NCBI GenBank assembly: GCA_963767925.1 | Contig: CAVYGB010000010.1 | Coordinates: 640,001-704,000 of the forward strand | Source of the DNA: an uncultured delta proteobacterium | GTDB taxonomy: Bacteria > Myxococcota_A > Polyangia > Fen-1088 | Length of the DNA stretch: 64,000 nt | Reading direction: 5' to 3' | Part shown: piece by piece, positions 47,278 through 57,541 of the stretch | How the letters are laid out: each line of letters begins with the position of its first letter | How positions within the stretch are numbered: position 1 is the first letter of the stretch | Notes under the pieces: generated by a model | Database searches by the model: none | What the model was told of the DNA's origin: nothing | Seen by the model: the letters and a program-made list of their open reading frames with translations, nothing else | Program-made: the position numbers and the translations under genes

Positions 47278-48876
47278 TCATGGCGCTCTTCCTCTGTTTG
47301 CGGCTGGGTTGGCGGCTGCTCCGGCCGCGGCGCCGTCATCGGCGAAGGCGACCGCGTGGCGCGCGAGGATCTCCCGCGTGAGGGCGTCGACGAACGCCAG
47401 CGCCTTGAGCTGGTCGACGCGCGCGCGCAGGTGGGTGAGCTGGGCCTCGGCCAGCGAGTCCTGCCGCCGGAGCACGTCGAAGTTGGTCGAGCGGCCCACC
47501 TCGAAGCGGGCCTTCTCCGCCTCGAGGTCGAGGGCGGCGGCGTCGGTCGAGCGGGCCAGCACCTCGACCCGCCGCCGGGCGGTGTCGACGGCGATCACCC
47601 CGCGCAAGACCGCGTCGGCCACCTGGTCGGCGATCTCGCTCTCCTGCAGCCGCACCTTCTGCACGGTCTCCCGGGCGGCGTCGTGGGCCCCGTGGGCGAC
47701 GTTGCGCCCGAGCGGGAGCCGGAACACCAGGTTGGCCGCGACGAAGTAGTTGTCCATCCCGGTGAGCCGGCGGTAGGCGTCCCGGGGGGTGGCGGCGTTG
47801 CCCGAGGGCCCGCCCTCCACCGCCAGGTCGAGCTGCGGCAGCAGGCCGTTGCGGGTCACGTCGACCTCGATGCCGGCCGCGCGCCCCTGGGCCCGCGCCG
47901 CCAGGAGCTGCGGGTTGCGATCGAGGGCGGCCTGCACGGCCGCCCCCTCGTCGAGGGCCCGGGCGGGCGGCTGCGGGTCGTCGGCGGCGACGAGCCGGGC
48001 GGCGGCGCGCGTGCGGGGCCGCAAGCCACACAGCCGCGCCAGCTCGAGCCCCCGCTCGGCCAGGCTCTGCTCGGCCACCAGCACCGACTGGTCGCGGAAG
48101 GCGACCGCCACGTCGACCTCCGCCGAGGCGCTGCGCGGCTGCTTGCCCACCTCGATGTTGGCCTGCACCTGCCGGAGCTGCTCGCGGGCCGACCCGGCGG
48201 CGGAGCGGCGGATGACGAGCTGCTGGGTGGCATAGGCCAGCTCCCAGTAGGCGCTCTCCACGTCCCGGAGCAGGGTGGCGGCCGTCCCGTCCCGCTCGAC
48301 AAGGGCCAGGTCCTGCTGCACGGCCGCCCGCCGGCGCGGCGCCCGCGCCACCCCCACCCCGAACCCGCGCAGCAGCGGGTGGGCGAAGCGGAGGCGCAGC
48401 GCCGGCACGTATTCGTCGACGTCGGAGCGGATCGTCCCCATCGGCGGGGCATCATCGAGGGCCAGATCGGTCGCCGACATGGTCCCCAGCTCGCTCACGA
48501 ACTCGCGGCGCTGAAACTGCCCCACCACGCCGAGGCCCAGCCGCCCGCCGGTCGGCAGCGGCTTGATCAGCGACAGCGCGCCGGCCACGTCGTCCGTCCG
48601 CCGCTGCTGGGTGGGGATGCCGGGCACCAGCTCGCGCTGGCTCTGTTCCCAGTTGCCCTCCGCCTCCAGCAGGAAGTCCTCGAGGCCGCGCGCGGCCTGC
48701 ACGGCGGCGGTCGCGATGCGGACCTCGGCGCCGGCCGCGAGCAGGGTCGGGTTGCCGCGCACCGCCAGGGCGACCGCGTCGCGCAGGGCGAGCGTCCGCC
48801 CCTCGGCCGGCCCCTGGGCGAACGCCCGGGGCGCGGCGATCCCGATCAGAACGAGAAGCAGGGCGGAGACGCGCAC
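47278..48876 (-). CDS. TolC family outer membrane efflux protein
   Basis: LALRDAVALAVRGNP, VESAYWEL, LLPQLDL, RFEVGRSTNFDVL. Confidence 0.92.
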   Translation of the reverse strand: MRVSALLLVLIGIAAPRAFAQGPAEGRTLALRDAVALAVRGNPTLLAAGAEVRIATAAVQAARGLEDFLLEAEGNWEQSQRELVPGIPTQQRRTDDVAGALSLIKPLPTGGRLGLGVVGQFQRREFVSELGTMSATDLALDDAPPMGTIRSDVDEYVPALRLRFAHPLLRGFGVGVARAPRRRAAVQQDLALVERDGTAATLLRDVESAYWELAYATQQLVIRRSAAGSAREQLRQVQANIEVGKQPRSASAEVDVAVAFRDQSVLVAEQSLAERGLELARLCGLRPRTRAAARLVAADDPQPPARALDEGAAVQAALDRNPQLLAARAQGRAAGIEVDVTRNGLLPQLDLAVEGGPSGNAATPRDAYRRLTGMDNYFVAANLVFRLPLGRNVAHGAHDAARETVQKVRLQESEIADQVADAVLRGVIAVDTARRRVEVLARSTDAAALDLEAEKARFEVGRSTNFDVLRRQDSLAEAQLTHLRARVDQLKALAFVDALTREILARHAVAFADDGAAAGAAANPAANRGRAP

Positions 48877-48888
48877 GGACCCACCTCA

Positions 48889-48905
48889 AGCGATGCCCGT
48901 GCCAA
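48889..48905 (-). promoter_or_regulatory. sigma54 -24/-12 promoter
   Basis: TTGGCACGGGCATCGCT, conserved C 14 nt before GTG 48876. Confidence 0.7.
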
Positions 48906-49000
48906 CCGACAAACCCCCGAAAGGACGACCCTTACCGCCCGCCGCAGGGGGCCCCTGTCCGCTTGTGGGAAAAAAGGTCCCGCAAGCGAACAGGCCGGCC

Positions 49001-49033
49001 GCCTGAACGCCCCCGGATCCGGCGCGTTCAGGC
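49001..49033 (-). terminator. Stem-loop at the 3' end of the oxidoreductase gene
   Basis: GCCTGAACGC...GCGTTCAGGC 10-bp stem overlapping the stop codon; no adjacent U-tract. Confidence 0.45.
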
Positions 49034-50242
49034 GCGTTCGATTTTGCCCCGGTCGTTGTTCCAGCGCACAGGGGCGTTCTGGCGAAAGGACAGGTTGCAC
49101 AGGTGCGAGACGCGGGCCGCTTCGTGCGCCACCCGCATCGGCGCGGTCGGCGGCTTGCGCGAGCGCACGCAGGCGACGAAGTTCTCGAGGTGGCTCAGGG
49201 TGCCGTCCTTCTCGGACAGCACCTGCACCTGGGGCGCGGGGGTGGAGGTGCCGGGCAGGTTGGCCCCGTCTTCGGCGTAGAAGGCCAGCCGCCGCCGGCT
49301 GACCTTCAGGGTGCCGAGCGTCCCCCGAAACTCGATGTCGCCGTCGTCGATCCGGCTGGCCATGCTGTTGGTGAACGTGACCTGGAACTTCGGATAGTCG
49401 AGGACGCTGGTGGAGGTGTCGGGCGCGTCCTGGGTCGAGGTGAAGCGCGCGCCCCTCGTGTAGACCTGCGCGGGGGCGGTGGCCCCGGTGTACCAGTGGA
49501 CCACGTCGATCCAGTGGGTCAGAAGCTCGCAGATCGGCCCGCCCCCGAAGTTCCAGAACCAGCGCCAGCGGTTGTAGTGCTCCGCCGTGAGGGGCAGCGG
49601 CCGGGCCGACCCGGTGAAGCGCTTCCAGTCGATCTTGTCGGGCTTGAACTCCGGGTAGGTCCGCCGGGTGGCGTTCATGTACCAGTAGGCGTGGACGAAG
49701 GTGAGCTGGCCCAGCTTGCCCGCGCGCACCAGCTCGGCCCCCTGGATGTAGTGGGCCCAGCTCCGCTGCTGGGTGCCGGTCTGGACCACCTGCTTGCTGG
49801 CCTCCACCGCCTTGACCATCTGCACCCCCTCCTCGATCGAGTGCGAGACCGCCTTCTCGAGGAAGATGTCCTTGCCCGCCTGCAGGGCATCGAGGGTCAT
49901 CTGCTTGTGCCAGTGCTGGGGCGAGCCGATGACGACGGCGTCGACCTCCTTGCTGTCGAGCACCGCCCGGTGGTCGGCCTGCTGGCGGGCCTTGCCGTCG
50001 AGCAGGGCGGCCGCCTCCAGCAGCCGGGGCTCGTAGACGTCGCAGATCATCACCTGCTCGGTGCCGGGGATCTCCTTGAGCCGCTTCATCAGCGACTGGG
50101 CCCGGGCCCCCGTCCCGATCACCCCGATGCGAAGGCGCTCGTTGGCCCCCCAGACCCTGCGGTACGAGAGCGCCGTGCTCGCCAGCGCCGCCCCGCCCGC
50201 CGCCCGCAAAAATGGCCGTCGGCTCAGACCCGATGTCTCCAT
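49028..50242 (-). CDS. Tat-exported Gfo/Idh/MocA family oxidoreductase
   Basis: SRRPFL signal, IGVIGTG, AGKDIFLEK, QTGTQQRS, WRWFWNFGGG..THWID. Confidence 0.92.
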   Translation of the reverse strand: METSGLSRRPFLRAAGGAALASTALSYRRVWGANERLRIGVIGTGARAQSLMKRLKEIPGTEQVMICDVYEPRLLEAAALLDGKARQQADHRAVLDSKEVDAVVIGSPQHWHKQMTLDALQAGKDIFLEKAVSHSIEEGVQMVKAVEASKQVVQTGTQQRSWAHYIQGAELVRAGKLGQLTFVHAYWYMNATRRTYPEFKPDKIDWKRFTGSARPLPLTAEHYNRWRWFWNFGGGPICELLTHWIDVVHWYTGATAPAQVYTRGARFTSTQDAPDTSTSVLDYPKFQVTFTNSMASRIDDGDIEFRGTLGTLKVSRRRLAFYAEDGANLPGTSTPAPQVQVLSEKDGTLSHLENFVACVRSRKPPTAPMRVAHEAARVSHLCNLSFRQNAPVRWNNDRGKIERA

Positions 50243-50302
50243 CCCGATCCTCCTTGTCTGCTGACTACCGCCCCACCCACCCCGAGTGTCCAGAGCGCAG
50301 GG

Positions 50303-52069
50303 TCAGTTCGCCGCGGGGGCCAGGGTGAGCTGGCGCAGGTTGACCGCCTTCCAGGCCTTGGCCTCGGGGCGCAGGGCGATGTCGTGCTCGCCGGGGGCGG
50401 CGATCTGGACCTGGCCGAGCTTCACCTTCTGGTAGCGGTCGGCGCCGCCGGTCGCGGTGATGGGGGCGGCGACCTTCTGCTCGCCCACCGCGAGCTGGAG
50501 CTGCGCCGGGCTCTCGGCCGCCACCTCGGCCGTCACGTCGAACTTGCCGGGCTTGTCGATGTGGAACTTCCAGCCCACCCAGGCCCGGGCGTCGCCCCAG
50601 TTGCCGACGTAGGCCGGGCCGCGCTTGGACTCGACCCGGGCGTCGGTCCCCAGCACGTTGTGGATGTCGGCCTCGATCGCGCTGAGGCTAACGCTGCCGG
50701 TCTCCGACTGCCGCGGCCAGATCTTGATCACGTCGAGGGGCGAGCCCAGCTCGACCTTGATCACGCTGGCGATGGGGTCGGGCGCCTGGGCCGGCAGCTC
50801 GAGCACCACTCCGTCGGCCTCGGCCTGGAACTTCAGCTTCTGCTTGCCGGCCAGCAAGGCGGCGCTCTTGATCTTGCTGCGCAGGCCGGGGACCTGCAGC
50901 TTGCCGTCCTGGGGCCAGTCGAACACGTGCAGGTAGAGGGTCCCCCCGTCCTTGCGCAGCTTGGTGGTGCTGCGGCCCCAGGCCAGCTTGGCGAAGGGGC
51001 TGGCGGTGGTGCCATAGATGGCCTCGCCGTTGACCTTCATCCAGCGGCCGACCTCCTTGAGCCGCTCGATGCTGGGGGCGGGGATCTCTCCCGCCGCGGT
51101 GGGGCCCACGTTGAGCAGGAAGTTGCCCCCCTTGGACACGATGTCGCTGAGCTTGCGGATCAGATCCTCGGTGCTCTTCCAGTTCTGGTCGTAGCTCTTG
51201 TAGCCCCAGGTGTCGTTCATCGTCATGCAGACCTCCCAGTCGCGGCCGGGGATGCCGGTCGCCGGGATGAACTGCTCGGGCGTGTCGGTGTCACCCTTGA
51301 AGCCGCCGCCCAGCCGGTTGTTGGTGACCAGCAGCGGCCGGGCCGCCACCAGCGGCTGCAACAGCGCCGCCCGCTCGGGGTTCATCAGATAGGGCGTGTC
51401 CCACCACAGGATGTCGGGCTTGAAGCGGGTGAGGACCTCCTCGGTCTGGGGCAGGGCGATGCCGCGCAGGTACTCGTCGAACTTGCCCTTGTGGGCGTCG
51501 TCCCAGCCCCCGCCGTCGTCGTGCCCGCGCTTGGCGCCGCCCGGGTGGATCCAGTCCTGGGCCTGCGAGTAATAGAGGCCGAACTTCAGGCCGCGCCGCC
51601 GGACCGCCCGGGACAGCGGGGTCAGGAGGTCCTTCTTGTACGGCGTCGCCCCGGCCACGTCCCACTCGCTGACCTTGGAGTCGTAGAGGGCGAAGCCGTC
51701 GTGGTGCTTGCTGGTGATGACGACGTATTTCATGCCCGCCGCCTGGGCCAGCGCCGCCCAGGACTCGGGGTCGTATTTGACCGGGTTGAAGTCCTTGGCG
51801 TAGGCCCGGTATTCGGCGACCGGGATCTTGCCGCGCAGGAGGATCCACTCGCCGATGCCGTCGATCGGCTTGCCCTGGTAGGTCCCCGCCGGCACCGCGT
51901 AGACGCCCCAGTGGATGAAGAGGCCGAAGCGGGCCTGCCGCCACCACTTCATGCGGGCCTCGCGCTCGGCGGCCTCGTCACCGGCCGGAGCGGCGAGGGC
52001 CGGGCCGAGCAGGCCGAGCAGCAGTCCCACGGTCACGACCGACTTGCCGATAAGACCCATCTTGCGCAT
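50303..52069 (-). CDS. Alpha-L-fucosidase (GH29) with C-terminal beta-sandwich/CBM-like domain
   Basis: RFGLFIHWG, KHHDGF, WWD nucleophile, WEVCMTMNDTWGY, GGNFLLNVGP. Confidence 0.95.
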   Translation of the reverse strand: MRKMGLIGKSVVTVGLLLGLLGPALAAPAGDEAAEREARMKWWRQARFGLFIHWGVYAVPAGTYQGKPIDGIGEWILLRGKIPVAEYRAYAKDFNPVKYDPESWAALAQAAGMKYVVITSKHHDGFALYDSKVSEWDVAGATPYKKDLLTPLSRAVRRRGLKFGLYYSQAQDWIHPGGAKRGHDDGGGWDDAHKGKFDEYLRGIALPQTEEVLTRFKPDILWWDTPYLMNPERAALLQPLVAARPLLVTNNRLGGGFKGDTDTPEQFIPATGIPGRDWEVCMTMNDTWGYKSYDQNWKSTEDLIRKLSDIVSKGGNFLLNVGPTAAGEIPAPSIERLKEVGRWMKVNGEAIYGTTASPFAKLAWGRSTTKLRKDGGTLYLHVFDWPQDGKLQVPGLRSKIKSAALLAGKQKLKFQAEADGVVLELPAQAPDPIASVIKVELGSPLDVIKIWPRQSETGSVSLSAIEADIHNVLGTDARVESKRGPAYVGNWGDARAWVGWKFHIDKPGKFDVTAEVAAESPAQLQLAVGEQKVAAPITATGGADRYQKVKLGQVQIAAPGEHDIALRPEAKAWKAVNLRQLTLAPAAN

Positions 52070-52120
52070 GGGCGCGACTCTAGACCCACAACCTCCGCCC
52101 CGAAAGGGCGAAGCGCCCCC

Positions 52121-53824
52121 TCAGGGGGACAGGGCGGGCTGGACGCCGGCGGCCAGGGCCGCCACTTCCTGAGCAGGCAGCGCCCGGTCGTAGATGACCA
52201 GCTCGTCGAGGGCCCCGCGCAGGCGCTCGGAGGTCGCGCCCAGGCCGTTGCGGGCGGCGCCGATCAGCAAAGCATTTTCGCCGCCCGAGCCAGAGGGCAG
52301 CGCGATCGGCGGGCGGGATCGTTTGCGCGCCACCTCGACCCCATCGAGGTAGAGGCGGGCCACCCGATCGCGATCCCGGGTCGCCGCCACGTGAACCCAG
52401 CGGTCCAGCGGGAACTCGGTCGCCAGCCGGATCCGCCACAGATCGCTGCTGAGCATCAGCTTGCTGGCGGTGAACCCGAGAAAGAAGCTGTCGCGGGCGC
52501 CCCACCCTTGCTGGCGGCTCACGATGGCCCGCACCTTCTCGGGCGGGCCGCGGCGCCGGATCCAGACGGCGATGGTCATCTCGTCGCCGCCGGTGGCCAG
52601 CGGGTCGACGCCGGGACATTCCAGCCAGGCGCGCCCGTTGAACTCCAGGGCGCCCCCGTGGGGGCCGCTGATCCGGTCGCGCCGGCCGTCGATCCGCTGG
52701 AGCTGGCAGTCGTTGGTGCTGCCCGAGACGTCGACAACCGCCGGCGTGCCCCGCCCCTCGTCGAAGCGCCAGTAGGCCACGATCCCCTCGGCGAGGTGCG
52801 TGGGGGAAGGCCCGGGCGCGAAGGCGGGCATCACCTTGAGCGGCGGCAGCGCGCCGGCGCTGCTCGCCAGCGTCGCCTGGGGGCGGGAGGCGCTCCGCCC
52901 CGGTCGGAGCATGAGGGTCGGCAGGGGCGAGCCGGGCCCGGCCACCGCCACCCCCGGCACCTCGACGAGGTGCTCGCGCACCAGGAGGCCGAGCAGCCCG
53001 GCCGCGGCCACGAAGCCCGCCCCGGCGATCCAGGGCAACACCGGCCGCGGGAGCGAAGCGACCGGTGCGGAGACCGGGGCGACCGGTCGAGAGACCGGGG
53101 CGACCGGACGGGCAGCGGCGGACCCCCGCGGCCGGGGCGGGGAGGCGAAGCCGGGGGCCAGCAGCACGGCGCGGAGCCGCGAGAGGGTCTTGGCCCGGCT
53201 CTGCTCGGACAGGCGGATGGCCGCGTCGTCGACCTCGAGCAAGGTCTCCGGTCGGGCGTGCACCCGGGTCCCCGCGCCGGCAATTGTGTTGAGCCGACGG
53301 ACTGCCGCGGCGAACGCGCGCCGCCCCGCCCGCAGCCGGCTGTAAGCGGTGAACAGGGGGACCTTCGTCGCCCGCGCCACCTCGCGCACCCCCAGGCCGT
53401 CCAGGTGGTGCAAGATCATCGCCGTCCGTTGCTTCTCCGGGACCTGGGACAGGGCCTGCAGGACCAGGGCCCGCAGGCGGCCGGCGGCGATCTGGTCCTC
53501 GGGGCCCGCCGCCTGGTCGCGGGTGTCGACGAGGCCGCCGGGGACCTCGCGGGCGATGCGGTCCCGATGGTTGTAGGCCACCCGGAAGGCGATCCCGGCC
53601 AGCCAGGGACGCAGCGGCCGCGCGGGGTCGTAGTCGACCCACCGGCGCCACATGATGAGGAAGACCTCCTGCGCCAGATCGTCGGCGTCGCTGGCGCTGA
53701 TCCCGTGGCGACGCAGCGCCTTGTGGATGTAGTCGAGCTCGGCCTGGAAGGCCGCCACGCAGCCCTCGAGCTCGCGGCCGCCATGCCCTCTATCCCCGGG
53801 GGCCTTGGGGGGAGACGACCTCAT
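52121..53824 (-). CDS. ECF sigma factor fused to a TM helix and a LamG-like (ConA) domain
   Basis: DDLAQEVF...RPWL..IA (sigma2), LDGL...EVA...TAYSRL (sigma4), TM WIAGAGFVAAAGLLGLLV, AYWRFDE...WVHVAAT...LYLDG...GALDELVIYDRAL. Confidence 0.88.
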   Translation of the reverse strand: MRSSPPKAPGDRGHGGRELEGCVAAFQAELDYIHKALRRHGISASDADDLAQEVFLIMWRRWVDYDPARPLRPWLAGIAFRVAYNHRDRIAREVPGGLVDTRDQAAGPEDQIAAGRLRALVLQALSQVPEKQRTAMILHHLDGLGVREVARATKVPLFTAYSRLRAGRRAFAAAVRRLNTIAGAGTRVHARPETLLEVDDAAIRLSEQSRAKTLSRLRAVLLAPGFASPPRPRGSAAARPVAPVSRPVAPVSAPVASLPRPVLPWIAGAGFVAAAGLLGLLVREHLVEVPGVAVAGPGSPLPTLMLRPGRSASRPQATLASSAGALPPLKVMPAFAPGPSPTHLAEGIVAYWRFDEGRGTPAVVDVSGSTNDCQLQRIDGRRDRISGPHGGALEFNGRAWLECPGVDPLATGGDEMTIAVWIRRRGPPEKVRAIVSRQQGWGARDSFFLGFTASKLMLSSDLWRIRLATEFPLDRWVHVAATRDRDRVARLYLDGVEVARKRSRPPIALPSGSGGENALLIGAARNGLGATSERLRGALDELVIYDRALPAQEVAALAAGVQPALSP

Positions 53825-54006
53825 GATCCGGGGCCGCACAATACCGGACCGGGTCTTTTGGTTGTCGCTAAATTGCGTGACGTGCGCCGTGCCATGCCCC
53901 CCTCGCCCCTCGCCGGCCTGGTCACGCGACGCATTCGCATCCTCTTTCCGGAATCGGCCTTAGACTTCGGACCGCAGCTCACGCAAAGCTTAGTGAAGGT
54001 TCGCAA

Positions 54007-54972
54007 ATGGACAACGACACCCCCTGGGGCACCAAGCGCCTCATCAATGGACAGTGGCGGGTGTATTTCGATGGGTACTGGATCAAATCTTACGACCCTC
54101 CGGCCGACACGCTGGGGGCAAAAAAGCGCCTGATCGAGGCCCTCACCCGCCGGCTCTTCAACCACGTCGAGCACGGGCTCAACATCCCGGGAACCCGCCT
54201 GACGGAGGCCCGGAAGACGTTCCTGGAGGAGAAGGACCCCCGCAAGAAGCGGGTCAAGGGGGCCATGCTGGCAGGCGCCCTCTTCAACCGAGCGACCGAC
54301 GTGTTCACCAAGGTTGTCGAGATCCAGGCGCTGGGCATCGAGATAGAGACCGACAACGCCCTCATGCGCGAGTGCGAGGAGCACCTCAAGGAGGCGCTCC
54401 TGCTCGGCCGGATGGTCCTGCACCGGAGCGGCGACGAGGGGATCGACGAGCTGTGGGGCGAGCCCTTCAAGGCCTTCGCCCTGCCCATCGAGGCCTTCTA
54501 CCGGAGCCGCTACCTCAAGATCGCCCAGACCATGGCGGACATCGATCGCATCGGGACCGAGCTCCACCGCACCTTCGTCCAGCTCGCCATGTTCGCAGGC
54601 ATCGAGGTCCACCTCTCCGATCTCGTCGCCTCGGCCAAGCTGAAGTGCGAGACCCTGCAGACCGACGACGACATCTTCGACGTCTGGGCCTCCTTCGTGG
54701 CCTCGGCCGAACGGCTCAGCGAGTTCATGCCGACGCTGTCGGGGGACGCCTCGGTGCAAGAGCAGCTCGCCGCCGAGCAGGGCCGGCAGCTCGTGCGGGC
54801 CGGGATCGACCTCGTCTCCTACGTGACCCGAGCGCGGGTGTCGATGCCGAAGAGCACGGCGGAGTTCCTCCACCGCTGTGTCGCCTTCCGGGCCAGCTAC
54901 CTGGCGATCACCCCCGCCCCCTCCACCCCCACCCGCACCCCCGCCCCCCGCGCCAGCAACCCCGCGCCCTGA
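54007..54972 (+). CDS. Hypothetical protein, mostly helical
   Basis: Long ORF with strong GC3 bias; no motif recognised. Confidence 0.8.
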   Translation: MDNDTPWGTKRLINGQWRVYFDGYWIKSYDPPADTLGAKKRLIEALTRRLFNHVEHGLNIPGTRLTEARKTFLEEKDPRKKRVKGAMLAGALFNRATDVFTKVVEIQALGIEIETDNALMRECEEHLKEALLLGRMVLHRSGDEGIDELWGEPFKAFALPIEAFYRSRYLKIAQTMADIDRIGTELHRTFVQLAMFAGIEVHLSDLVASAKLKCETLQTDDDIFDVWASFVASAERLSEFMPTLSGDASVQEQLAAEQGRQLVRAGIDLVSYVTRARVSMPKSTAEFLHRCVAFRASYLAITPAPSTPTRTPAPRASNPAP

Positions 54973-55103
54973 GGACCACCGCCCGGCGCGGCTCCGGGCG
55001 CTCGAGGGCCGTCCCGCCTCGACGCGGCCGATCCCCGACATCGCTGTCCGGACTCGGTCGCGAAGATCTCGCATGGCGCGGGGAAGCGGGCCGATGATCG
55101 CCG

Positions 55104-55119
55104 TGGCCAGGGCCTTGCA
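55104..55119 (+). promoter_or_regulatory. sigma54 -24/-12 promoter
   Basis: TGGCCAGGGCCTTGCA, conserved C 14 nt before ATG 55132. Confidence 0.65.
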
Positions 55120-55131
55120 CCGGGGGGCCGC

Positions 55132-56310
55132 ATGTCCAGCCCGTCCCGATCGCTTTCTCCCCTCTGCCTGGCCGGCGCGTCGTCGCTCTTGCTGGCGCTG
55201 GCCTGCGGGGACGACGGAGGGGCGCCGGACTGCGCCGGGTCGGGCACGATCTGCACGCAGGTCGGCACCGGCGCGCCCGCCTTCGACGGCGACGGGCGCG
55301 ATCGGCTCGCCTCCTCCCTGAACTGGCCGCTGGACCTGGACTTCGCGCCCGACGGGCGGGCCTACCTGCTCGACTGGCAGAACCACCGGGTCCGCCGCCT
55401 CGGCCTCGACGGCCGGCTGGAGACCGTGATGGGCAACGACCTGGTGGGCGACGGCCCGCCCGACAGCGGCGACCTGCGGGCCGAGGGGGCGCCCGGGATC
55501 GAGGTGGAGCTCAACCACCCCACCGACCTGCACTTCCTGCCCGACGGTAGCGTCGTCGTGGCGGCCTGGCACAACCACAAGCTGCGGCGGCTCGACCCGG
55601 TCAGCGGCCGGGTGACGGTGCTGGCTGGCGCCGGCCCCGGCAAGACCGGCGACGGCGGTCCGGCCGGCAAGGCGCTGCTCAACCAGCCCAAGTCGATCGC
55701 GTGCGACCCGGCCGGCAACATCTTCGTCACCGACTCGCGCAACCAGCGCATCCGCCGCATCGACGCGGGGTCGGGCCTCATCGCGCCGATCGCGGGCAGC
55801 GGTCAGCTCGGCTTCGCCGGGGACGGCGCCGAGGCCCTGCTGGCGAGCTTCTTTCTCCAGCAGGACAACGAGAACCCCGAGCCAGGCGGAAACATCGCGC
55901 TCGACGGGCGGGGCTGGCTCTACGTCGCGGACACCTTCAACAACCGCATCCGCCGCCTCGATCTCGAGGGCCGCACGGTGCAGACCCTGGCGGGCAACGG
56001 GATGCGGGGCTTCTCGGGCGACGGCGGTCCGGCCACCGAGGCCGCGCTCAACCGGCCCCGCGACCTCGAGCTGGGGCCCGACGGGCGCCTTTACGTCGCC
56101 GACACCGACAACCACCGCATCCGGGCCATCGACCTCGACCGGGGCACCATCGCCACGGTGGCCGGAGACGGCGCGCCCGGCTTCACCGGCGAGGGCGGTC
56201 CGGCGGAGCGGGCGAGCCTGCGCCGGCCCTTCGGGATCGCTTTCGACGCCGAGGGGAACCTGCACATCGCCGACACCCTGAACAACCGCGTCCGGAGGGT
56301 GGCCCGATGA
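55132..56310 (+). CDS. NHL-repeat beta-propeller lipoprotein
   Basis: Lipobox LALAC; repeated GDGGPA..A.LN.P...DG.LYVADT.N.RIR. Confidence 0.92.
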   Translation: MSSPSRSLSPLCLAGASSLLLALACGDDGGAPDCAGSGTICTQVGTGAPAFDGDGRDRLASSLNWPLDLDFAPDGRAYLLDWQNHRVRRLGLDGRLETVMGNDLVGDGPPDSGDLRAEGAPGIEVELNHPTDLHFLPDGSVVVAAWHNHKLRRLDPVSGRVTVLAGAGPGKTGDGGPAGKALLNQPKSIACDPAGNIFVTDSRNQRIRRIDAGSGLIAPIAGSGQLGFAGDGAEALLASFFLQQDNENPEPGGNIALDGRGWLYVADTFNNRIRRLDLEGRTVQTLAGNGMRGFSGDGGPATEAALNRPRDLELGPDGRLYVADTDNHRIRAIDLDRGTIATVAGDGAPGFTGEGGPAERASLRRPFGIAFDAEGNLHIADTLNNRVRRVAR

Positions 56311-56377
56311 ACCGCTCGAAGACGAGCTGGAAGACCCGTCCCGGGTACCGAGGGAGAGGGACCCGGGGGTCCACGCC

Positions 56378-57541
56378 GTGCTGGGCCTGGCGCTGGCGCT
56401 CGCCGGCTGCGGCGCCGGACCGGCCAGCCCGGAGACTCCGGCGAGCGCCTGCCCCCGGGTGCCCGGGACCATCTGCACGGTGGCGGGGACCGGCGTCGCC
56501 GGGGACGGCCAGGACGGCCTGCCGCCGCTCGACACCTGGCTGTACGCGCCCGCCGACGTGGCGCTGGGCCCCGACGGCACCCTGGTCATCGTCGACTGGA
56601 ACAACCACCGCCTGCGGGCGCTGGGGGCGGACGGCACCCTGCGCATCGTGGCCGGGGTGGGCGAGCTGGCGCCCGAGACCCTCGAGGACGAGGTCGGCGC
56701 CCGCCTCAACCACCCCACCGACGTGACCTTCGATCCGCAGGGCCGCCTGGTCATCGCCGCCTGGCACAACAGCCGGGTCAAGCGGCTCGACCCGACGACC
56801 CTGGCGCTCGAGGACATCGCCGGCACCGGCGCCCGCAGCTACTCGGGCGACGGGGGACCCGCGCTCGGCTGCGATCTCAACCTGCCGGTCAGCGTGCTGT
56901 ACGACCCGGCCGGCAACCTGCTGATCTCCGATCAGGCCAACCAGCGCATCCGGCGCGTCGATCCGGCCGGCACCATCACCACCGTCGCCGGGTCGGGCCG
57001 CCGCGGCTTCGCCGGCGACGGCGGCCCCGCCAGCGCGGCCGAGTTCGCCCTCCCGGTCGGCCAGCGCGGCCACCCGGCCGGACACATCGCCCTCGGCCCC
57101 GACGGAGCCCTCTACCTCGCCGACACGGAGAACAACCGGATCCGGCGCATCGGCCCCGACGGCCTGGTCTCCACCGTCGCCGGGCGCGGCACCTACGGGG
57201 CCACCGGCGACGGCGGCCCGGCGCTCGAGGCCGAGCTGGCCTACCCGGTCGACGTGGCCCTGTCGCCCGAGGGGGTCCTGCACATCGCCGACACCGAGAA
57301 CAACTGCGTCCGCAAGGTCGAGGGCGGGGTCATCACCACCGTGGCCGGGGTGTGCGGGCGCTGTGGCTCCAGCCTCGACGATCCCTGCCGCTGCCCGCCC
57401 ACCGAGGCGGTCTGCATCGGGGACGGGGCCCCGGCCGGGGAGGCCCGCCTCAAGCGCCCGACCGGGATCGCCTTCGACGCCGCGGGGAACCTCTACGTGG
57501 CCGACACGTTGAACCACCGCATCCGGGTGGTGTACCGCTGA
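56378..57541 (+). CDS. NHL-repeat beta-propeller lipoprotein (paralog of the upstream gene)
   Basis: LALAGC lipobox, same repeat pattern, Cys-rich insertion CGRC...PCRCP...C. Confidence 0.92.
   Translation: MLGLALALAGCGAGPASPETPASACPRVPGTICTVAGTGVAGDGQDGLPPLDTWLYAPADVALGPDGTLVIVDWNNHRLRALGADGTLRIVAGVGELAPETLEDEVGARLNHPTDVTFDPQGRLVIAAWHNSRVKRLDPTTLALEDIAGTGARSYSGDGGPALGCDLNLPVSVLYDPAGNLLISDQANQRIRRVDPAGTITTVAGSGRRGFAGDGGPASAAEFALPVGQRGHPAGHIALGPDGALYLADTENNRIRRIGPDGLVSTVAGRGTYGATGDGGPALEAELAYPVDVALSPEGVLHIADTENNCVRKVEGGVITTVAGVCGRCGSSLDDPCRCPPTEAVCIGDGAPAGEARLKRPTGIAFDAAGNLYVADTLNHRIRVVYR

Noticed and set aside
42169..54133. Very long plus-strand ORFs (1412 aa, 1676 aa) and similar ones such as 3031..6513(-) and 53821..56826(-)
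   Set aside because: Antisense shadows of real genes caused by high GC3; no motifs of their own.
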